A DNA stretch of 64,000 bases from an uncultured Gemmatimonadales bacterium (GCA_963798915.1 CAWCVB010000001.1:192001-256000), one strand, 5' to 3'. Counted from the stretch's first letter, positions 28,936 to 44,069 are shown. Numbers and translations are program-made. Notes: generated by a model not told the origin, from the letters alone.

Positions 28936-31089
28936 TCAGCGCGGGCGCCGCCCAATCATGCGGCCGGTGGGGTCCATGATGATGATGGGACTGGAGAGCG
29001 GCCGCTCGAATGTCGTGGTGCCCCCCAGGAGACGCGCCCGCGCCACGTTCACGGTGAAGCCAAGCGGCTCGGCACTGGCATAATCCACGGCGTAACCCAG
29101 ATCCTGGATTGAGCCGATGGTCATGCCGGTGAGCGGATTGGCGCCGCCACCCAGAAAGCCGGTCATGAGTTCGGTATCGAACACCGACTCGCGCCAATGC
29201 GAATCTTCGGTGCCTGGACCTCCACCTGCCTCCACTGGCACGGTGGTCTGCTGGCCGCCGAGTTGATGGTACCGCTGGATCCCTACGGATCCGGTAAATC
29301 GCGGGTCGGTCCCGCCGTCGGCAACGGCGCCGGTCAGGAGGCCCTGATCCGGCCAGAGCGTCCCGAAGCCGAGCACATGTCCCATCTCGTGCAGGATCAG
29401 GTTATTCAACTCCGCCTGCGGCATGCCGCTGAGATCCGCCTCATCGAGCTGGATGTAGCCGAGCGACGGCAGCCCACCCGTGCTCCGCAGGACGCAGGGA
29501 CCCGCGCCACCAAGAATGTTGCCGGCGCCGTCGATCGCCGTAATTTCGATGAAGATGACCACGTCGTCGATAGTTTCATTGACTGCCGGCTGATGTGATC
29601 CGCAATGTTCCGGCCGCCAAATTGAGAACCTGGCTGGACAGGTCCCCGGTCACGATCACGCGCCAGCGCTGCACCGCCTCATTCACTGCACGTCTGCTGT
29701 GCTGCGTTCAGGCTCCCGATGGGCCGGACGTCGATACTGAAGGGCGATGTCGGACCCGTAGCAGTGGCGTTGAAGGAGGCCGCGGGAAGCATGGAACCGA
29801 CCAGCGTCGCTGAGAGGGTGTTGGCGCCGGGTGAGCGCCCCACCGACCACGAAGTGGAAGCTGCCCCCGATCCATCAGGCGCAACGGTGGAAGTCGAGAC
29901 TGTCCCCCCGCCAAGCGTCACCTGGAACTGCACGCTGCCGCCCGGAATGCCGTTGCCGTACTGATCCTGGACCAGGATTTTGGGATTGACCGGAACCTGA
30001 TGCCAGATGACCGCGCTCTGGTTGTTGCCTGCCACGATCGCGAGCGTCGTGGCGGGTCCGGGCACGGCGGTGACGTTGAAAGCCACGCTGACCCCACCCG
30101 GTGTCGACGCCGTGGCAACCTGGTGATCCGGCAGTGGTCCCAAGCGTCCAGGCGCCGGCGGTTGCCACGCCGCCGACGTCGGTCAGTTGCATCGCGTCGG
30201 CAATGCTGCCGCTGGTGGTCGCGAAGGTGACAGTCACGCCTTCGAGAGGCACGCCATTCACGTCGGTCACCTTCACCGATGGCGCTGCAGAAGTGGCCTG
30301 GCCTACCTCGCCGGTCAGGTTGTCGACCAGCTTGGTGAGGTTCGCCGTTGCGGTGCCTGTCGCGCTGAAGACTGCCGGCGCTGTCGCGCCTGCTACCGAA
30401 GCGGTGAGACTGTTCGCTCCCGGCGTTGTGCCGAGTGTCCAGGATGTTGCCGCCGCCGTTCCGGCGGCACTGGTGACAACGGTGCCACCCACGACCGTGC
30501 CGCCGCCTGACGTGACCGCAAAGAGGACGCTGACACCGGCGACCGGATTCCCCGCGCCATCGCTCACCAGCACGCTGGGTGGATCGGCGACGGCCGTGCC
30601 GGCTGGCGCGCTCTGCGCAGCGGCGCTCTGCGCCGACACCTGGGTGGCGGCACCGGTGGTCAGCGAAATGCTTCGCGAGAGTGTGGTGATCCCGGCGCTG
30701 GCGAACTTGAGCAGGTGCGGCCCGGTCGGTCCGCTCAGTGACAAGCTGGTGAACGTGGCTCGGCCGGACGCATCGGTCGCCACGCTTGTGGCGCCGCCAA
30801 CCGACCCGCCGTCGAGGCTCACGCCGAGTGACACACCTTGTTTCTTGACCGGGCGGTCAAGTGAATCGCGCAACTCCACCACCGGCGCGGGATTCAGCAC
30901 GGAGGCCACGGCTGCAGAGGTGGCGGGTGCCGTGATGAATGCCAGCGCCACCGGCGGCGCGGGCGTGGGATTGGGACCGGTCGAGTCGCCGCCGCAGCCG
31001 GCCACCAGGATGGCCACCAGGATGGCCAGGGCGACCCACACGGTCCTCTGCGGCGCTGCCGCCGGGAGCGGGAGAACGACGCGAGTCAT
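28936..31089 (-). CDS. lipoprotein with Ig-like repeats and a C-terminal leishmanolysin-like (M8) metalloprotease, split by three +1 frameshifts
   Basis: Lipobox VAGC, repeated V.D..GNPV.GV.V.F...WTLG units, HEMGHVLGFG, SHWRE and ELMTG. Extra bases at about 30123, 29690 and 29605 join three ORFs into about 716 aa. Confidence 0.82.
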
Positions 31090-31191
31090 GAGCGTCAGGA
31101 AACCTGTCCTCTGTCCATGTGGAGGAAGCGATGTCGGTCCGTGGATGTCGCAGCGGAGGATGCCCGCAACGTCGGGAACACCTGCCGTTGA

Positions 31192-31596
31192 CTATGGCGT
31201 AAACGTCTTCTCACCGATCTTGACCGACTGCCCCACGGCGGTCAGGGCGAACACATAAAATGTATAGGGTTGCCCGGGCGTGAGCTCGCTGGCCGGATTG
31301 ACCACCAAGCTGTCACCGACCGACAGGCTGTCGCCAAAGGTCACCGGCGACGTGATGGCGTTGGCCTTGGCCGGATTGGAAAACTTGAACCCCATGGCCC
31401 AGACTGGCCCGGTCGCGCCGTTCACCCCCACCTGGTAGGCCCGGCAGGCCGGCGTCCAGCTGAACTCCGGTTTGGTGCCGGCCGAGACCGTGACAGTCAC
31501 ATTGGTCGGGCAATCCTTGGTCGGGTTGGTGCTGTCACTGCAGGCGACGGCAAGGGACAACGCAGCAGCGAACAGGGCTATTCGGCAAGCGGTCAT
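31192..31596 (-). CDS. hypothetical lipoprotein
   Basis: Lipobox AVAC and a beta-rich mature part. Confidence 0.75.
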   Translation of the reverse strand: MTACRIALFAAALSLAVACSDSTNPTKDCPTNVTVTVSAGTKPEFSWTPACRAYQVGVNGATGPVWAMGFKFSNPAKANAITSPVTFGDSLSVGDSLVVNPASELTPGQPYTFYVFALTAVGQSVKIGEKTFTP

Positions 31597-31698
31597 GCAG
31601 GGGTCTCCGCAGGGTGGATTACGCTGAAGTCGCCGAAATGTCGGCAGGGACCACGGTGCCGCGCTAGTGGCGCTGAGCGCTGCATTCTGGAAGTTCCT

Positions 31699-33008
31699 TC
31701 AGTTCCCAGTCGCGAAGCGCCAACTGTAGAGTCTGGGGAGGTTCAAGCCGCCGATGGCATACACGGCCGGTTCATCGCTGGTCGCGAGCACAGCACCAGT
31801 GCAGCCACCCTGCCCCCGGGAAGACCAGCAAGCCGACTCATCCTCGGGAGGGGCGAGCAGACCGAGATGGGAAAAGCTGCCCTGATCGAGCACCAGCACG
31901 CCGGGGTGAATCGCAGGCCCCTCAAGGCTATCCACGAAACTTGCCCCAACCATGTCGATCCCGACATAGAGCAACGGACGCGACCGATCAAAGACGATGC
32001 CCCAGGCGTTCCCGCAAAAGTCGTATCGTGCATGACCTCGCCGTCGGACGCCCGCACGAGCACCACGCGAGCACTATCGCAATTGACACAACGTGTGCCG
32101 CCTGCAACAGCAAGCCACTGGCCGTCGGGACTGAAGGCTACCCCTTCGCTCGACTGCACCCCTGGGATGCGATAGGCAATGGTGCCGGTCCCAACATCAA
32201 AGACGGGCACGCCAGCCTGGTCCCAGTTAACGCGGATACTTGCCCTGTCATGCGAGGGGGACATGACGGCACCCTGGACTTCCTCCGCCTGCTCACTGTA
32301 GGAAGGCCCCGGGCCAGTCACGGTGAATTCATGATTGGTCGCGACGAAGAGTCCGCCTGCTCCAAACTGCATTGCCGCTCGGGCATAGCTTACCGTAGTC
32401 GGGGACACCAGCTCGGGAGAGGGCAACAGCTTCCACCGCTGCATCGTCGAATCATGCGGCCAGACCAGGAACTCATCGTTCTGCTCGGTTGGACCTACAC
32501 CCCGGAAGTTTGCCGCCGACCAGTCCATCAGGGAATCAAGGCGTACGAGTGTATTTGCCGTTGCGTTGATCTCCAGCAGATTCATGAGGTCCCCGCCCAG
32601 CACGACCGCGTCGCCGCCGACGGGCCAAACCATCACGGTCTCGAAGATCAATGTGGAGAAGTCGTGCGCCCCCGTAAATCCGCGCACCGAGACGGGATCG
32701 AGCGTGAACGTATCGCCGCTGGCCAGCGCAAGCTTGAGCATCACCTGCCCCGCCGCCCAGGCGGGCAGCGTGACGGTCCACGTAGAGTCATTCACCTGCC
32801 GCGCAGCGAGTACGCTGTCTGCCAGACGAAAGACCGGAGCCTGCTCAAGATCCCCGAAGATGCGATTCTGGACCAGCACGTCCGAGCCCGCCCAGATGCG
32901 GGTGGGGCTCACATGGAAATCCGCCCCGGTGTCGGGACCACTGTTGTCGGCGCAGGCGGCCAGCAGCGCTACAGCGCCCGCCATGCCGGCGGCAAGGGTG
33001 CAACGCAT
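31699..33008 (-). CDS. lipoprotein with a probable beta-propeller, -1 frameshift at about 32012
   Basis: Lipobox LAAC and AFSPDGQWL. Adding one base gives AGNAWGIVFDRSRPLLYV, in frame with ORF 31699..31974. Confidence 0.7.
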
Positions 33009-33084
33009 GGGGTCTCCGAGGAGGGAAGGGATGCAGTCAATATACAGCTCAGGATATAGCTCAGGAGTAGAGCGTCGGCCGTCA

Positions 33085-33148
33085 AGACGTCGAGCGCCAG
33101 ACGCCAGACGCCAGACGCTGAGCCCTCGTCCCTAGTCCCCAGTCCCTC
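33085..33148. repeat. heptamer arrays (GACGCCA then AGTCCCC-like)
   Basis: Tandem units are visible in the divergent intergenic region. Confidence 0.7.
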
Positions 33149-33169
33149 CACCCCCCATCTTCCTTATAT

Positions 33170-34384
33170 ATGCCTGCCCCCGCTGATGTCGTCTTCCTCT
33201 CCGCCGTTCGCACCGGCTTTGGCGCCTTTGGCGGTGCCCTCAAGGACTTGTCCGCCACCGACTTGGGTGTCATCGCCGGACGCGCCGCACTGCTCCGCGC
33301 CGGCCTCGAATCGGGGGCCGTGGACCATGTGATCTTCGGCAACGTGATCCAGACCTCCGCCGACGCCATTTACCTGGCGCGTCATGTCGCGCTCCGGGCC
33401 GGCTGCCCCGAAGAAACCCCGGCCCTCACCGTCAATCGGCTCTGCGGCTCGGGCTTCGAGGCGCTGACCCAGGCCGCACAGCTGATCACCCTTGGCCATG
33501 CGGACGCGGTGCTCGCAGGCGGCACGGAGTCGATGAGCCAGGCCCCACACGTGATCCGCGGAGCGCGCTGGGGCCTGCGCCTCGGCCCGCCGCCGCCACT
33601 GGAGGACACCCTCTGGGAAGGACTGCGCGACAGCTACTGCGACCTTTCCATGGCCGAGACCGCTGAGCGGCTTGCGGAACAGCATGCGCTCGCGCGAAGT
33701 GACGTGGATGCCGTGGCACTCAGAAGTCAGCAGCGCGCCGAGACCGCATGGAAGAGCGGCGCCTTTACTGACGAGATCGTACCGGTCGAGATCACCAATC
33801 GCAAGACGGGCGAACAGCTGGCGTGGGCCCAGGATGACCATCGCCGGCCCGGCACCACGGCCCAGGCGCTGGCCAAGCTGCCACCCTACTTCCGGAAGGA
33901 TGGCGTGGTCACGGCCGGCAACGCCAGCGGCATCGTGGATGGCGCTGCCGCACTGGTCGTGAGCAGTGCGGCCTGGGCCAGCGATCATGGCGTCGCTCCG
34001 CTCGGACGCCTCGTCGGCTGGGGCGTCGCCGGGGTGGACCCACGCGTCATGGGTTTCGGGCCCGTTCCCGCGTCCCGTATTGCGCTGGCGCGGGCCGGCA
34101 TGAAACTCGACCAGATGAATCTCGTCGAAGTGAACGAAGCGTTCGCAGCCCAGTATCTTGCGGTCGAGCGTGAACTCGACCTGGACCCTGACCGGACCAA
34201 TGTGGATGGCGGCGCGATCGCCATCGGCCATCCACTTGGCGCCACCGGCGCCAGGATCATCGGCCACCTGCTGCATGCATTGCGGCGGCGCGACAGGCGG
34301 TTCGGGCTGGGTGCCGCCTGCATCGGCGGCGGGCAGGGCATGGCGCTGATCATCGAAGCATTTCCGAAAGCGGAGGCATCATGA
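33170..34384 (+). CDS. thiolase (acetyl-CoA C-acyltransferase)
   Basis: Motifs [27 protein letters not shown] and CIGGGQG. Confidence 0.97.
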   Translation: MPAPADVVFLSAVRTGFGAFGGALKDLSATDLGVIAGRAALLRAGLESGAVDHVIFGNVIQTSADAIYLARHVALRAGCPEETPALTVNRLCGSGFEALTQAAQLITLGHADAVLAGGTESMSQAPHVIRGARWGLRLGPPPPLEDTLWEGLRDSYCDLSMAETAERLAEQHALARSDVDAVALRSQQRAETAWKSGAFTDEIVPVEITNRKTGEQLAWAQDDHRRPGTTAQALAKLPPYFRKDGVVTAGNASGIVDGAAALVVSSAAWASDHGVAPLGRLVGWGVAGVDPRVMGFGPVPASRIALARAGMKLDQMNLVEVNEAFAAQYLAVERELDLDPDRTNVDGGAIAIGHPLGATGARIIGHLLHALRRRDRRFGLGAACIGGGQGMALIIEAFPKAEAS

Positions 34385-35220
34385 ACGGACTGCTGACTGT
34401 GCTTGCCATCGTAGTGGCGTACTCGTTCCTGAGTCTCCGGGTACTGCGCCAGTACGAGCGCGGGGTGGCCTTCTTCCTTGGCAAGTACAGCGGGACCAAG
34501 GGGCCAGGACTGGTCTTTCTCCCCGCGTTCTTCGCCACCATGAAGCGGGTCTCGCTTCGCATCATGGCCATGGACGTGCCACCCCAGGACGTGATCACCC
34601 GCGACAATGTCTCGGTCCGCGTGAATGCCGTGCTCTACATGAAAGTCAAGGAACCATCGAGCGTGATCCTGGAGATACAGGACTACCTCTATGCCACCAA
34701 CCAGCTGGCCCAGACCACGCTCCGCTCGGTGCTGGGCGAGGTGGAGCTGGACGAGCTGCTGAGTGACCGTGAGAAGATCAATGCCGTGCTCAAGCGCATC
34801 ATTGACGAACGCACCGAGGCATGGGGTATCCAGGTGGACGCGGTCGAGGTCAAGGATGTGGACCTGCCGGAGATGATGAAGCGCGCCATGGCCCGGCAGG
34901 CTGAAGCCGAACGCGAGCGACGGGCCAAGGTCATCAATGCGCAAGGCGAACTGCAGGCGTCGGAGACGCTGGCACAGGCGGCCCGCATGCTCGCCACCGA
35001 ACCCAGCGCGCTGCAACTGCGATACCTGCAGACGGTGGCCGAGATTGCCACCGAAAACAATTCGACCACGATCTTCCCGATCCCCATCGACATGATCCGG
35101 CCCTTCATCGAGTCGGGCAGGGCGAGCAGGGCGGCCGAGGCGGGCGGGAAGGCGCTGCCGGCGCCCGATCCCACCTTGCCGCAGTTCAAGGTCGCCGAGA
35201 AGGACAAGGAGTCACGCTAG
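34381..35220 (+). CDS. SPFH / band-7 stomatin-like protein
   Basis: Motifs [29 protein letters not shown] and LQLRYLQT. Confidence 0.95.
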   Translation: MNGLLTVLAIVVAYSFLSLRVLRQYERGVAFFLGKYSGTKGPGLVFLPAFFATMKRVSLRIMAMDVPPQDVITRDNVSVRVNAVLYMKVKEPSSVILEIQDYLYATNQLAQTTLRSVLGEVELDELLSDREKINAVLKRIIDERTEAWGIQVDAVEVKDVDLPEMMKRAMARQAEAERERRAKVINAQGELQASETLAQAARMLATEPSALQLRYLQTVAEIATENNSTTIFPIPIDMIRPFIESGRASRAAEAGGKALPAPDPTLPQFKVAEKDKESR

Positions 35221-35221
35221 C

Positions 35222-36055
35222 ATGACCGGCGGGCTTCCGGCGCGCATTGACCGCGCCGCCCTCGAGCGCATTCTCCAGCGCGCCACCGAACTCCAGGCCG
35301 CTGAGCGCGACCCCGGTCACGACATGACCACCGAGGAACTGCTCGCGCTTGGGAAGGAAGTGGGCCTGCCACAGCGGTACCTGCAGCAGGCGCTGCTGGA
35401 AGAGCGCACCCGCGTCGGTCTCGGTGGCGACGGCGGACTGGTGGCGCGCATCGCAGGTCCCGCCACCACCTCGGCCCAACGCGTCGTGCAGGGCGATGTG
35501 GAGAGCGTCCAGGCGGAACTCATCCGCTACATGGACGACCGTGAAATGCTGCTGGTGCAACGGGAGCAGCCCGGTGCAGTGCTGTGGGAACCGGTCAAGG
35601 GATTTCAGGCTGCGGTGCGGCGATCCACGGCCGCGTTCGGCCGGAGCTCGCGTGGCTACCTGCTCGACCGGGTGCCCACGCTCCGCGGCACTATCGCCCC
35701 GCTCGAGCCGGGCTATGTCCATGTTGCGCTCACGGCCGACATGCACGCGAGGCGCTCGGCTTTCATCGGTGGCGGTGCTGGCACTGCCGCCGCCGGCGTG
35801 GCCGGCACCACCATACTGCTCGCGCTGAGCGCATTTCCGCTGGTTGCCATCGCTCCCGTCGTCGCCGGCGCCGTGCTCGGCGTCATCGTCGTCCGACAGT
35901 ACCCTCCCAAGGTCCAGCGAGTGCAGCTCGGCCTGGAGCGCGCCCTCGACCATCTGCAGCGCAGCGATCTTCGCGGCGGGACCCGGAAGCTTCCGCCGCG
36001 TGGCGGCGGCATTACCTCGCTCATTGCTGACGAAATCAGGAAGGCTCTCAAGTGA
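35222..36055 (+). CDS. hypothetical membrane protein
   Basis: Operonic spacing and two C-terminal TM helices. Confidence 0.8.
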   Translation: MTGGLPARIDRAALERILQRATELQAAERDPGHDMTTEELLALGKEVGLPQRYLQQALLEERTRVGLGGDGGLVARIAGPATTSAQRVVQGDVESVQAELIRYMDDREMLLVQREQPGAVLWEPVKGFQAAVRRSTAAFGRSSRGYLLDRVPTLRGTIAPLEPGYVHVALTADMHARRSAFIGGGAGTAAAGVAGTTILLALSAFPLVAIAPVVAGAVLGVIVVRQYPPKVQRVQLGLERALDHLQRSDLRGGTRKLPPRGGGITSLIADEIRKALK

Positions 36056-37113
36056 AGCAGCTGGCGCTGGTCTTCTCGCTTGCCCTGGCCATCGCATGCG
36101 CACGGAATGGCCAGCCGGACTTTGCCCCGATGCCAGAGGCAAGGCATGGTCAGATCGAACTGGACCCGCAGGAAGCCACCAAGAAACTGGCGGACGCGAT
36201 GACGGCAGCTGGACTGCCCGTGACGGAAGTGGCGACGCGGGAAGGATTCGTCAGCACGGCATGGTACGACACCGCGACCAGGAAGCGCGCCGGGTCCCGT
36301 CCGCTGGGCACCGATGACGTTCGGATCCGTGCCTGGGTGATGCCGTGGCGGTACGGCTGGAGCGAGATCACCATGGAAGCGGTGTACCGGCCATTGGCCG
36401 ATCCCTCTCGGCCGGAACGGGAGCTGGAGCGCAGCGTGCCCTACGATCATCCTGCCCGGGTCGCCATCCGTGAGATCATGCAGGGGATGGGTGCGACGAG
36501 CACGCTGGCCGAGTCCGATGCGCCCAAACCCGTGCTCAAGACACCGATCGGCGATCCCGGGCGGCTGGGCAAGCCCGGTGTCACGGTGCCGGAGCCGAGC
36601 GACACGACCCGCGCGGACAGCATCAGCCCCAAGGTCGCGAAGGGCGGCAGGGACAGCATCGCCGTCGCGCCGGCAGACACCGCTCGGCCAGCCGCCGATT
36701 CCCTGCGGCCTCGGCGCGACTCGGCGATCGTCTTTCGTCCTCGGACGCCGGGCGACACCATCCATCAGCGCGCCCGGCCCGACACAACCCGGAACGTCAG
36801 GCCCGACACGATTCGCGCTGCTCCAGTCCCGGCAGTTGATACGACGCGCGCGGCACCACCGGCACCACCGGCACCGCCGGTATCTGCTGCGCCCACCTCG
36901 GGCTACGCCGTTCAGGTGGCCGCGCCGTCAGACGCCTACACCGCCAATGATTTCTCGCGGCGGCTCCAGGCCACGGGGTATCGATCGCGCATCGTGACGG
37001 AGGACGGCAGATACAAGGTGCGGAGCCAGCTCTACGCCAACCACACCGACGCAGCCATTGCGCTGGAGCGGCTGCGGCGAACGTTCAGCGATGCGTTTCT
37101 GGTGGAGGAGTGA
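36052..37113 (+). CDS. lipoprotein with a C-terminal SPOR domain
   Basis: Lipobox AIAC, a Pro/Thr-rich linker, and YAVQVAA...YKVR...DAFLV. Confidence 0.8.
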   Translation: MKQLALVFSLALAIACARNGQPDFAPMPEARHGQIELDPQEATKKLADAMTAAGLPVTEVATREGFVSTAWYDTATRKRAGSRPLGTDDVRIRAWVMPWRYGWSEITMEAVYRPLADPSRPERELERSVPYDHPARVAIREIMQGMGATSTLAESDAPKPVLKTPIGDPGRLGKPGVTVPEPSDTTRADSISPKVAKGGRDSIAVAPADTARPAADSLRPRRDSAIVFRPRTPGDTIHQRARPDTTRNVRPDTIRAAPVPAVDTTRAAPPAPPAPPVSAAPTSGYAVQVAAPSDAYTANDFSRRLQATGYRSRIVTEDGRYKVRSQLYANHTDAAIALERLRRTFSDAFLVEE

Positions 37114-37131
37114 GGGCCATCCTTGCACGTC

Positions 37132-38059
37132 TTACGGCCGCCACTCAGGATACTCATCATCGGCAGCGTCGGTGGTCAGGCGGACCAGTCCCGTGCCGTC
37201 CAACTTGATCGAGTAGATGTCCCACTGGCCGCTGCGATCGGAGTCGAACGCCAGCCGGGATCCGTCCCCCAGCCACGACGACGAGAAGTCGTCGGCTGAA
37301 TGCTTCGACACGTTGGTCGGATTCGAGCCATCAGGGTTCATGGTGTAGACTTCGTCGTTACCGTCGCGATCAGTCACAAATGACAGCGTCGAGCCGTTGG
37401 GTGACCAGGCGGGCGAGCAGTCGAACGCGGGATTGGCCGTCAGGTTCAAGGGGTTCTGGCCGTCCTTGTCCATGATCCAGACATCGCCGTTGCCGGAGCG
37501 GTCCGAAAAGAAGGCGATGTGCGACCCATCCGGCGACCAGATCGGCTCGCTGTCGAATCGCCGAGCTGTTGCTGATCCGTTGCGGATTCGAGCCGTCGGC
37601 GTTCATGATGTAGATCTGCGAGTTGCCATCGCGGTCAGTGGCGAAGGCAATCCTGCTTCCGTCGGGCGACCAATACGGATGCCGATCCACCGCGGGGTCG
37701 TCGGTAAGCCGGGTCACATTGCCGCCGTCGACGTCCATCACATACACGTCGGTGCCACCCGTCCGGGTCGACGCGAAGGCAATCCTGGTCCCGTCGGGCG
37801 ACCAGGCGGCGTCGCCGTCAGCGGCACCGTTGTTGGTGATATTGATGAAGTCGGCTCCGTCGGTCGACATCAGGTAGATCTCGCGATTGCCGTCACGCTG
37901 CGTCTCGAAGGCGATCAGGTCGCGATCGAAATCGAATGACGGCTCCGGCGGTGGCGGCGGTCCGGTGGGATCGTCGCCCCCGCAGGCAGCGACAAGCAAC
38001 GCCGCCAGAAATGCCGTCACAAGCGAAGTCGCCTGCCCCGCTGGCCTCGTACCTGGCAT
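37132..38059 (-). CDS. TolB-like PD40 beta-propeller lipoprotein, +1 frameshift at about 37556
   Basis: Lipobox VAAC and repeated WSPDG.RIAF...RDGN.EIY.M. Removing one base restores SSAIDSEPIWSPDG. Confidence 0.85.
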
Positions 38060-38308
38060 CTGCAAACTCCTGTCGTGAGCATGGACCGTGTGGCGACCGC
38101 AGGGGGCGGGCCGCCGACCGGGCGATGACAGGAGAACGCAATTGGAGCCTCCAACCGGACATCGGGCCATGCAGGCCGACTGCTGAACGGCGCAGGCGGC
38201 CTGCATGGCGCTGGCGTGTCGCGAGGCGTATATAAGTGAAGGTGGGCCGCAGGCGGCCGCCGTGGGCGGGCGGGGTGGTTTCCTTCATACTCCCGGAGCT
38301 GGGCCAGG

Positions 38309-38881
38309 GTGCCACAGGCACAGACCTTCACCCAAATCCTCAGGGCTTCTCGCGCCGGCAGCGGGCGCGCCGTCGACCGGCTCTTCTCACTGCTCTATGC
38401 TGAACTCCGGCGCGTAGCCCACGCACAGCTCGCCGCCAGCCCACCCGGCGGAACCCTGAATACCACCGCACTCATCAACGAGGCCTACCTGCGCTTGGTG
38501 GACCAGGCGGAGGCCGACTGGGAAGACCGCGCGCATTTCATTGCGTACGCGTCCCGGACGATGCGCACCATCGTGGTCGACTATGCCCGCCGGCGCGGTG
38601 CCACAAAGCGGGGCGGACACTTGGCCCGGGTGACGTTCGAGGAGCGTGACCTCCCGGTGGACACCCAGGCCGAGCTGATGCTTGCGGTGGACGACGCGCT
38701 CACCCGGCTGGCGGAGGTCAGTGAGCGGCTGAGCCGGATCGTCGAGTGCCGATTCTTTGGCGGCATGAGTATCGACGAAACGGCAACCGCCCTCGGCGTC
38801 TCGGACCGCACGGTGCGGCGGGACTGGGTCAAGGCCAAGACGTGGCTCTATATCAGTCTGTACGGCGAGCCGGCCGGCTGA
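38309..38881 (+). CDS. ECF sigma factor of the kinase-associated type (TIGR02999-like)
   Basis: Motifs LYAELRRVA, TLNTTALINEAYLRL, VECRFFGG and GVSDRTVRRDW. Confidence 0.93.
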   Translation: MPQAQTFTQILRASRAGSGRAVDRLFSLLYAELRRVAHAQLAASPPGGTLNTTALINEAYLRLVDQAEADWEDRAHFIAYASRTMRTIVVDYARRRGATKRGGHLARVTFEERDLPVDTQAELMLAVDDALTRLAEVSERLSRIVECRFFGGMSIDETATALGVSDRTVRRDWVKAKTWLYISLYGEPAG

Positions 38882-38914
38882 TCGGCCGGAGATCCGGAGG
38901 TACCCCTGTTCGCA

Positions 38915-41821
<2,907 letters not shown>

Positions 41822-41967
41822 CACGTCCGGAGGCCACCCATGCTCTGGCATTCCGCCAACGGTGTCCGGTTCCCGAAGCGAAATCCGTTCTCCCTCTCAC
41901 CTCGATCGCGACGATCGCGTGCCCGCCACCGCCGCGCGAGTCGGATCACCACGACGGGAGGAGAGAG

Positions 41968-43167
41968 ATGGTCAGCACGATTCAGAGGACATGCGCCGGC
42001 AGGATTCCGGCGGTTATCGTCGCGGCGCTCATCGCCGGTGCCTGCAGCCAGGAAGCGCCGACCGGGCCCGAGCAGCCGGCCCTGAGCGCGGCTCAGTTCC
42101 CGATCACCGGCTTCGAGCTCGCTTCCGTAAGCGCCAGCATCTTTCACACCTGCGGTGCCACCAAGAGCGGCCAGGCATTCTGCTGGGGGTCGAATGTCTT
42201 CGGCCAGTTGGGCGACGGGACGACCACGAACAGCAACGTGCCGGTGGCGGTGGCCGGCGATCTTCAGTTCACCTCCGTGAGCGTGGGCGGACATTTCTCC
42301 TGTGGTGTCACCAAGGGCGGCCAGGCGCTCTGCTGGGGAGAGAATGGCCTTGGCCAGTTGGGCGACGGGACGACCACGAACAGCAACGTGCCGGTGGCGG
42401 TGGCCGGCGATCTTCAGTTCACCTCCGTGAGCGCGGCCGGAACTCACTCCTGCGCTGTGACCAAGGGCGGCCAGGCGCTCTGCTGGGGAGGGAATGGCGT
42501 TGGCCAGTTGGGCGACGGGACGACCACGAGCAGCAACGTGCCGGTGACGGTCTCCGGCGGCTTCCAGTTCGCCTCCGTGAGCGCGGGCGATGGGCACTCC
42601 TGCGGCATCACCAAGGGCGGCCAGGCGCTCTGCTGGGGAGGGAATGGCGTTGGCCAGTTGGGCGACGGGACGACCACGGACAGTAACGTGCCGGTGGCCG
42701 TCTCCTCCGCCTTTCAGTTCACCTCCGTGAGCGCGGGCGTTCCCTACACCTGCGGCGTCACCAAGGGCGGCCAGGCGCTCTGCTGGGGGGCCAATATCTC
42801 CGGCCAGCTGGGCGACGGGACGACCACGAGCAGCAACGTGCCGGTGGCGGTCTCCGGCGACTTCCAGTTCGCCTCCGTGAGCGCGAGCAATAATGCGCAC
42901 TCCTGCGGCGTTACCAAGGGCGGCCAGGCGCTCTGCTGGGGATTCAATAGCTCTGGCCAGTCAGGCGACGGGACGACTGCGGACAGCAACGTGCCGGTGG
43001 CGGTCTCCGGCGGCTTCCAGTTCGCCTCCGTGAGCGCGGGCAAACTCTACACCTGCGGCGTCACCAAGCAGCTCGGCACCTGGTGCTGGGGGCAAAACGA
43101 TTTTGGCGAGTTGGGCAACGGCACCAACGTGGGCTCGCTGGGTCCCTCGCCAGTCGCCACGCCCTGA
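41968..43167 (+). CDS. RCC1/BLIP-II repeat lipoprotein (7-bladed propeller)
   Basis: Lipobox AGAC and seven 50-aa units of H(S/T)[30 protein letters not shown]. Confidence 0.93.
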   Translation: MVSTIQRTCAGRIPAVIVAALIAGACSQEAPTGPEQPALSAAQFPITGFELASVSASIFHTCGATKSGQAFCWGSNVFGQLGDGTTTNSNVPVAVAGDLQFTSVSVGGHFSCGVTKGGQALCWGENGLGQLGDGTTTNSNVPVAVAGDLQFTSVSAAGTHSCAVTKGGQALCWGGNGVGQLGDGTTTSSNVPVTVSGGFQFASVSAGDGHSCGITKGGQALCWGGNGVGQLGDGTTTDSNVPVAVSSAFQFTSVSAGVPYTCGVTKGGQALCWGANISGQLGDGTTTSSNVPVAVSGDFQFASVSASNNAHSCGVTKGGQALCWGFNSSGQSGDGTTADSNVPVAVSGGFQFASVSAGKLYTCGVTKQLGTWCWGQNDFGELGNGTNVGSLGPSPVATP

Positions 43168-43181
43168 GGCCCGAGGAGATC

Positions 43182-43394
43182 ATGCTGAGCATGGGGTCAA
43201 TCAACAAGGCGCGATTCATCGTTGGCGGACTTGCGGCGGGCGTGATCATGAATGCCGTGACGCTACTCGCTGCCCGACTCTATCTCTCCGCAATGATGGA
43301 CCTGCTCACGTCCCGAGGGATACACCCTCCCGGCGGGGCGATCCCGAGTTGCCAGTTTGGCCTCCACGGTCGCCGGCGCTTCGATGTAGCGTGA
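43182..43394 (+). pseudogene. probable truncated membrane-protein gene
   Basis: A strong RBS and a plausible N-terminal helix (MGSINKARFIVGGLAAGVIMN), after which the sequence loses protein-like character at about 50 aa. Confidence 0.4.
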
Positions 43395-43490
43395 GGCGCA
43401 GGACCAGCCCGTTCATGCACTCGACTCTCCGGCGCGGACAGACGCGCCGGGGAGGGCGCACGAGATCATCCCTCGCTAGAGGAGGCTACC

Positions 43491-44069
43491 ATGAGACCGA
43501 CCCGCCCGCCCGTCTCCGCGTGGCTGCTCGCCGGCGCGCTGCTGCTCCCCGCCGCGCGCCCGGCGGCCGCGCAGCTCGACACCACGAATTTCCCGGCTCG
43601 TCCCGCGGCACGCCTGGCCAGGCTCGAGCGGTTCTTCGGCACCTACGTCTACACGGACAACGAGTACGGGGGACTCGGACCGTGGCGCGGAACGGTTGCC
43701 GTCCGCCCCGCCATCAAGGGCTGGTACGTCCATTTGGTCATCGATACCCGCTTCGGCCCCATCGATCGGCAGCTCGAGGTGCTCATCACCTGGGACGAGG
43801 CTCTCGGCCGCTACCGCACCTGGAGTTTCGACACGAACCCACCGGGGCCCCCGGGCAGGATCGAAGGAGAGGGACGGTTCGAGGGGGACGAGTTCGTGAT
43901 CGAATTGAAGAACGTACCCGGGCCGCACGGGGAGCCGCCCGCGACCCTGCGCGACCGGGTACGGATGGAAAGCCCGGACGAGCTCGTCATTGTGACGGAG
44001 GTCGATCCCCCGGATGCCGAGCCCTTTCGTATCGGCACCTGGAGAAGCATGCGTATCTCGGCCAGGTGA
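43491..44069 (+). CDS. secreted hypothetical beta-barrel-like protein
   Basis: GAGGAGG RBS, an AAA-ending signal peptide and a beta-rich body. Confidence 0.75.
   Translation: MRPTRPPVSAWLLAGALLLPAARPAAAQLDTTNFPARPAARLARLERFFGTYVYTDNEYGGLGPWRGTVAVRPAIKGWYVHLVIDTRFGPIDRQLEVLITWDEALGRYRTWSFDTNPPGPPGRIEGEGRFEGDEFVIELKNVPGPHGEPPATLRDRVRMESPDELVIVTEVDPPDAEPFRIGTWRSMRISAR

Noticed and set aside
29600..30130. programmed ribosomal frameshifting in the Ig-M8 gene
   Set aside because: No slippery heptamers are present at the shift sites, and three shifts in about 500 nt are better explained by error or decay.
42113..43140. regular 150-bp repeats as CRISPR or DGR template/variable repeats
   Set aside because: They are in-frame RCC1 protein repeats. 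There is no reverse transcriptase and the differences are not adenine-specific.
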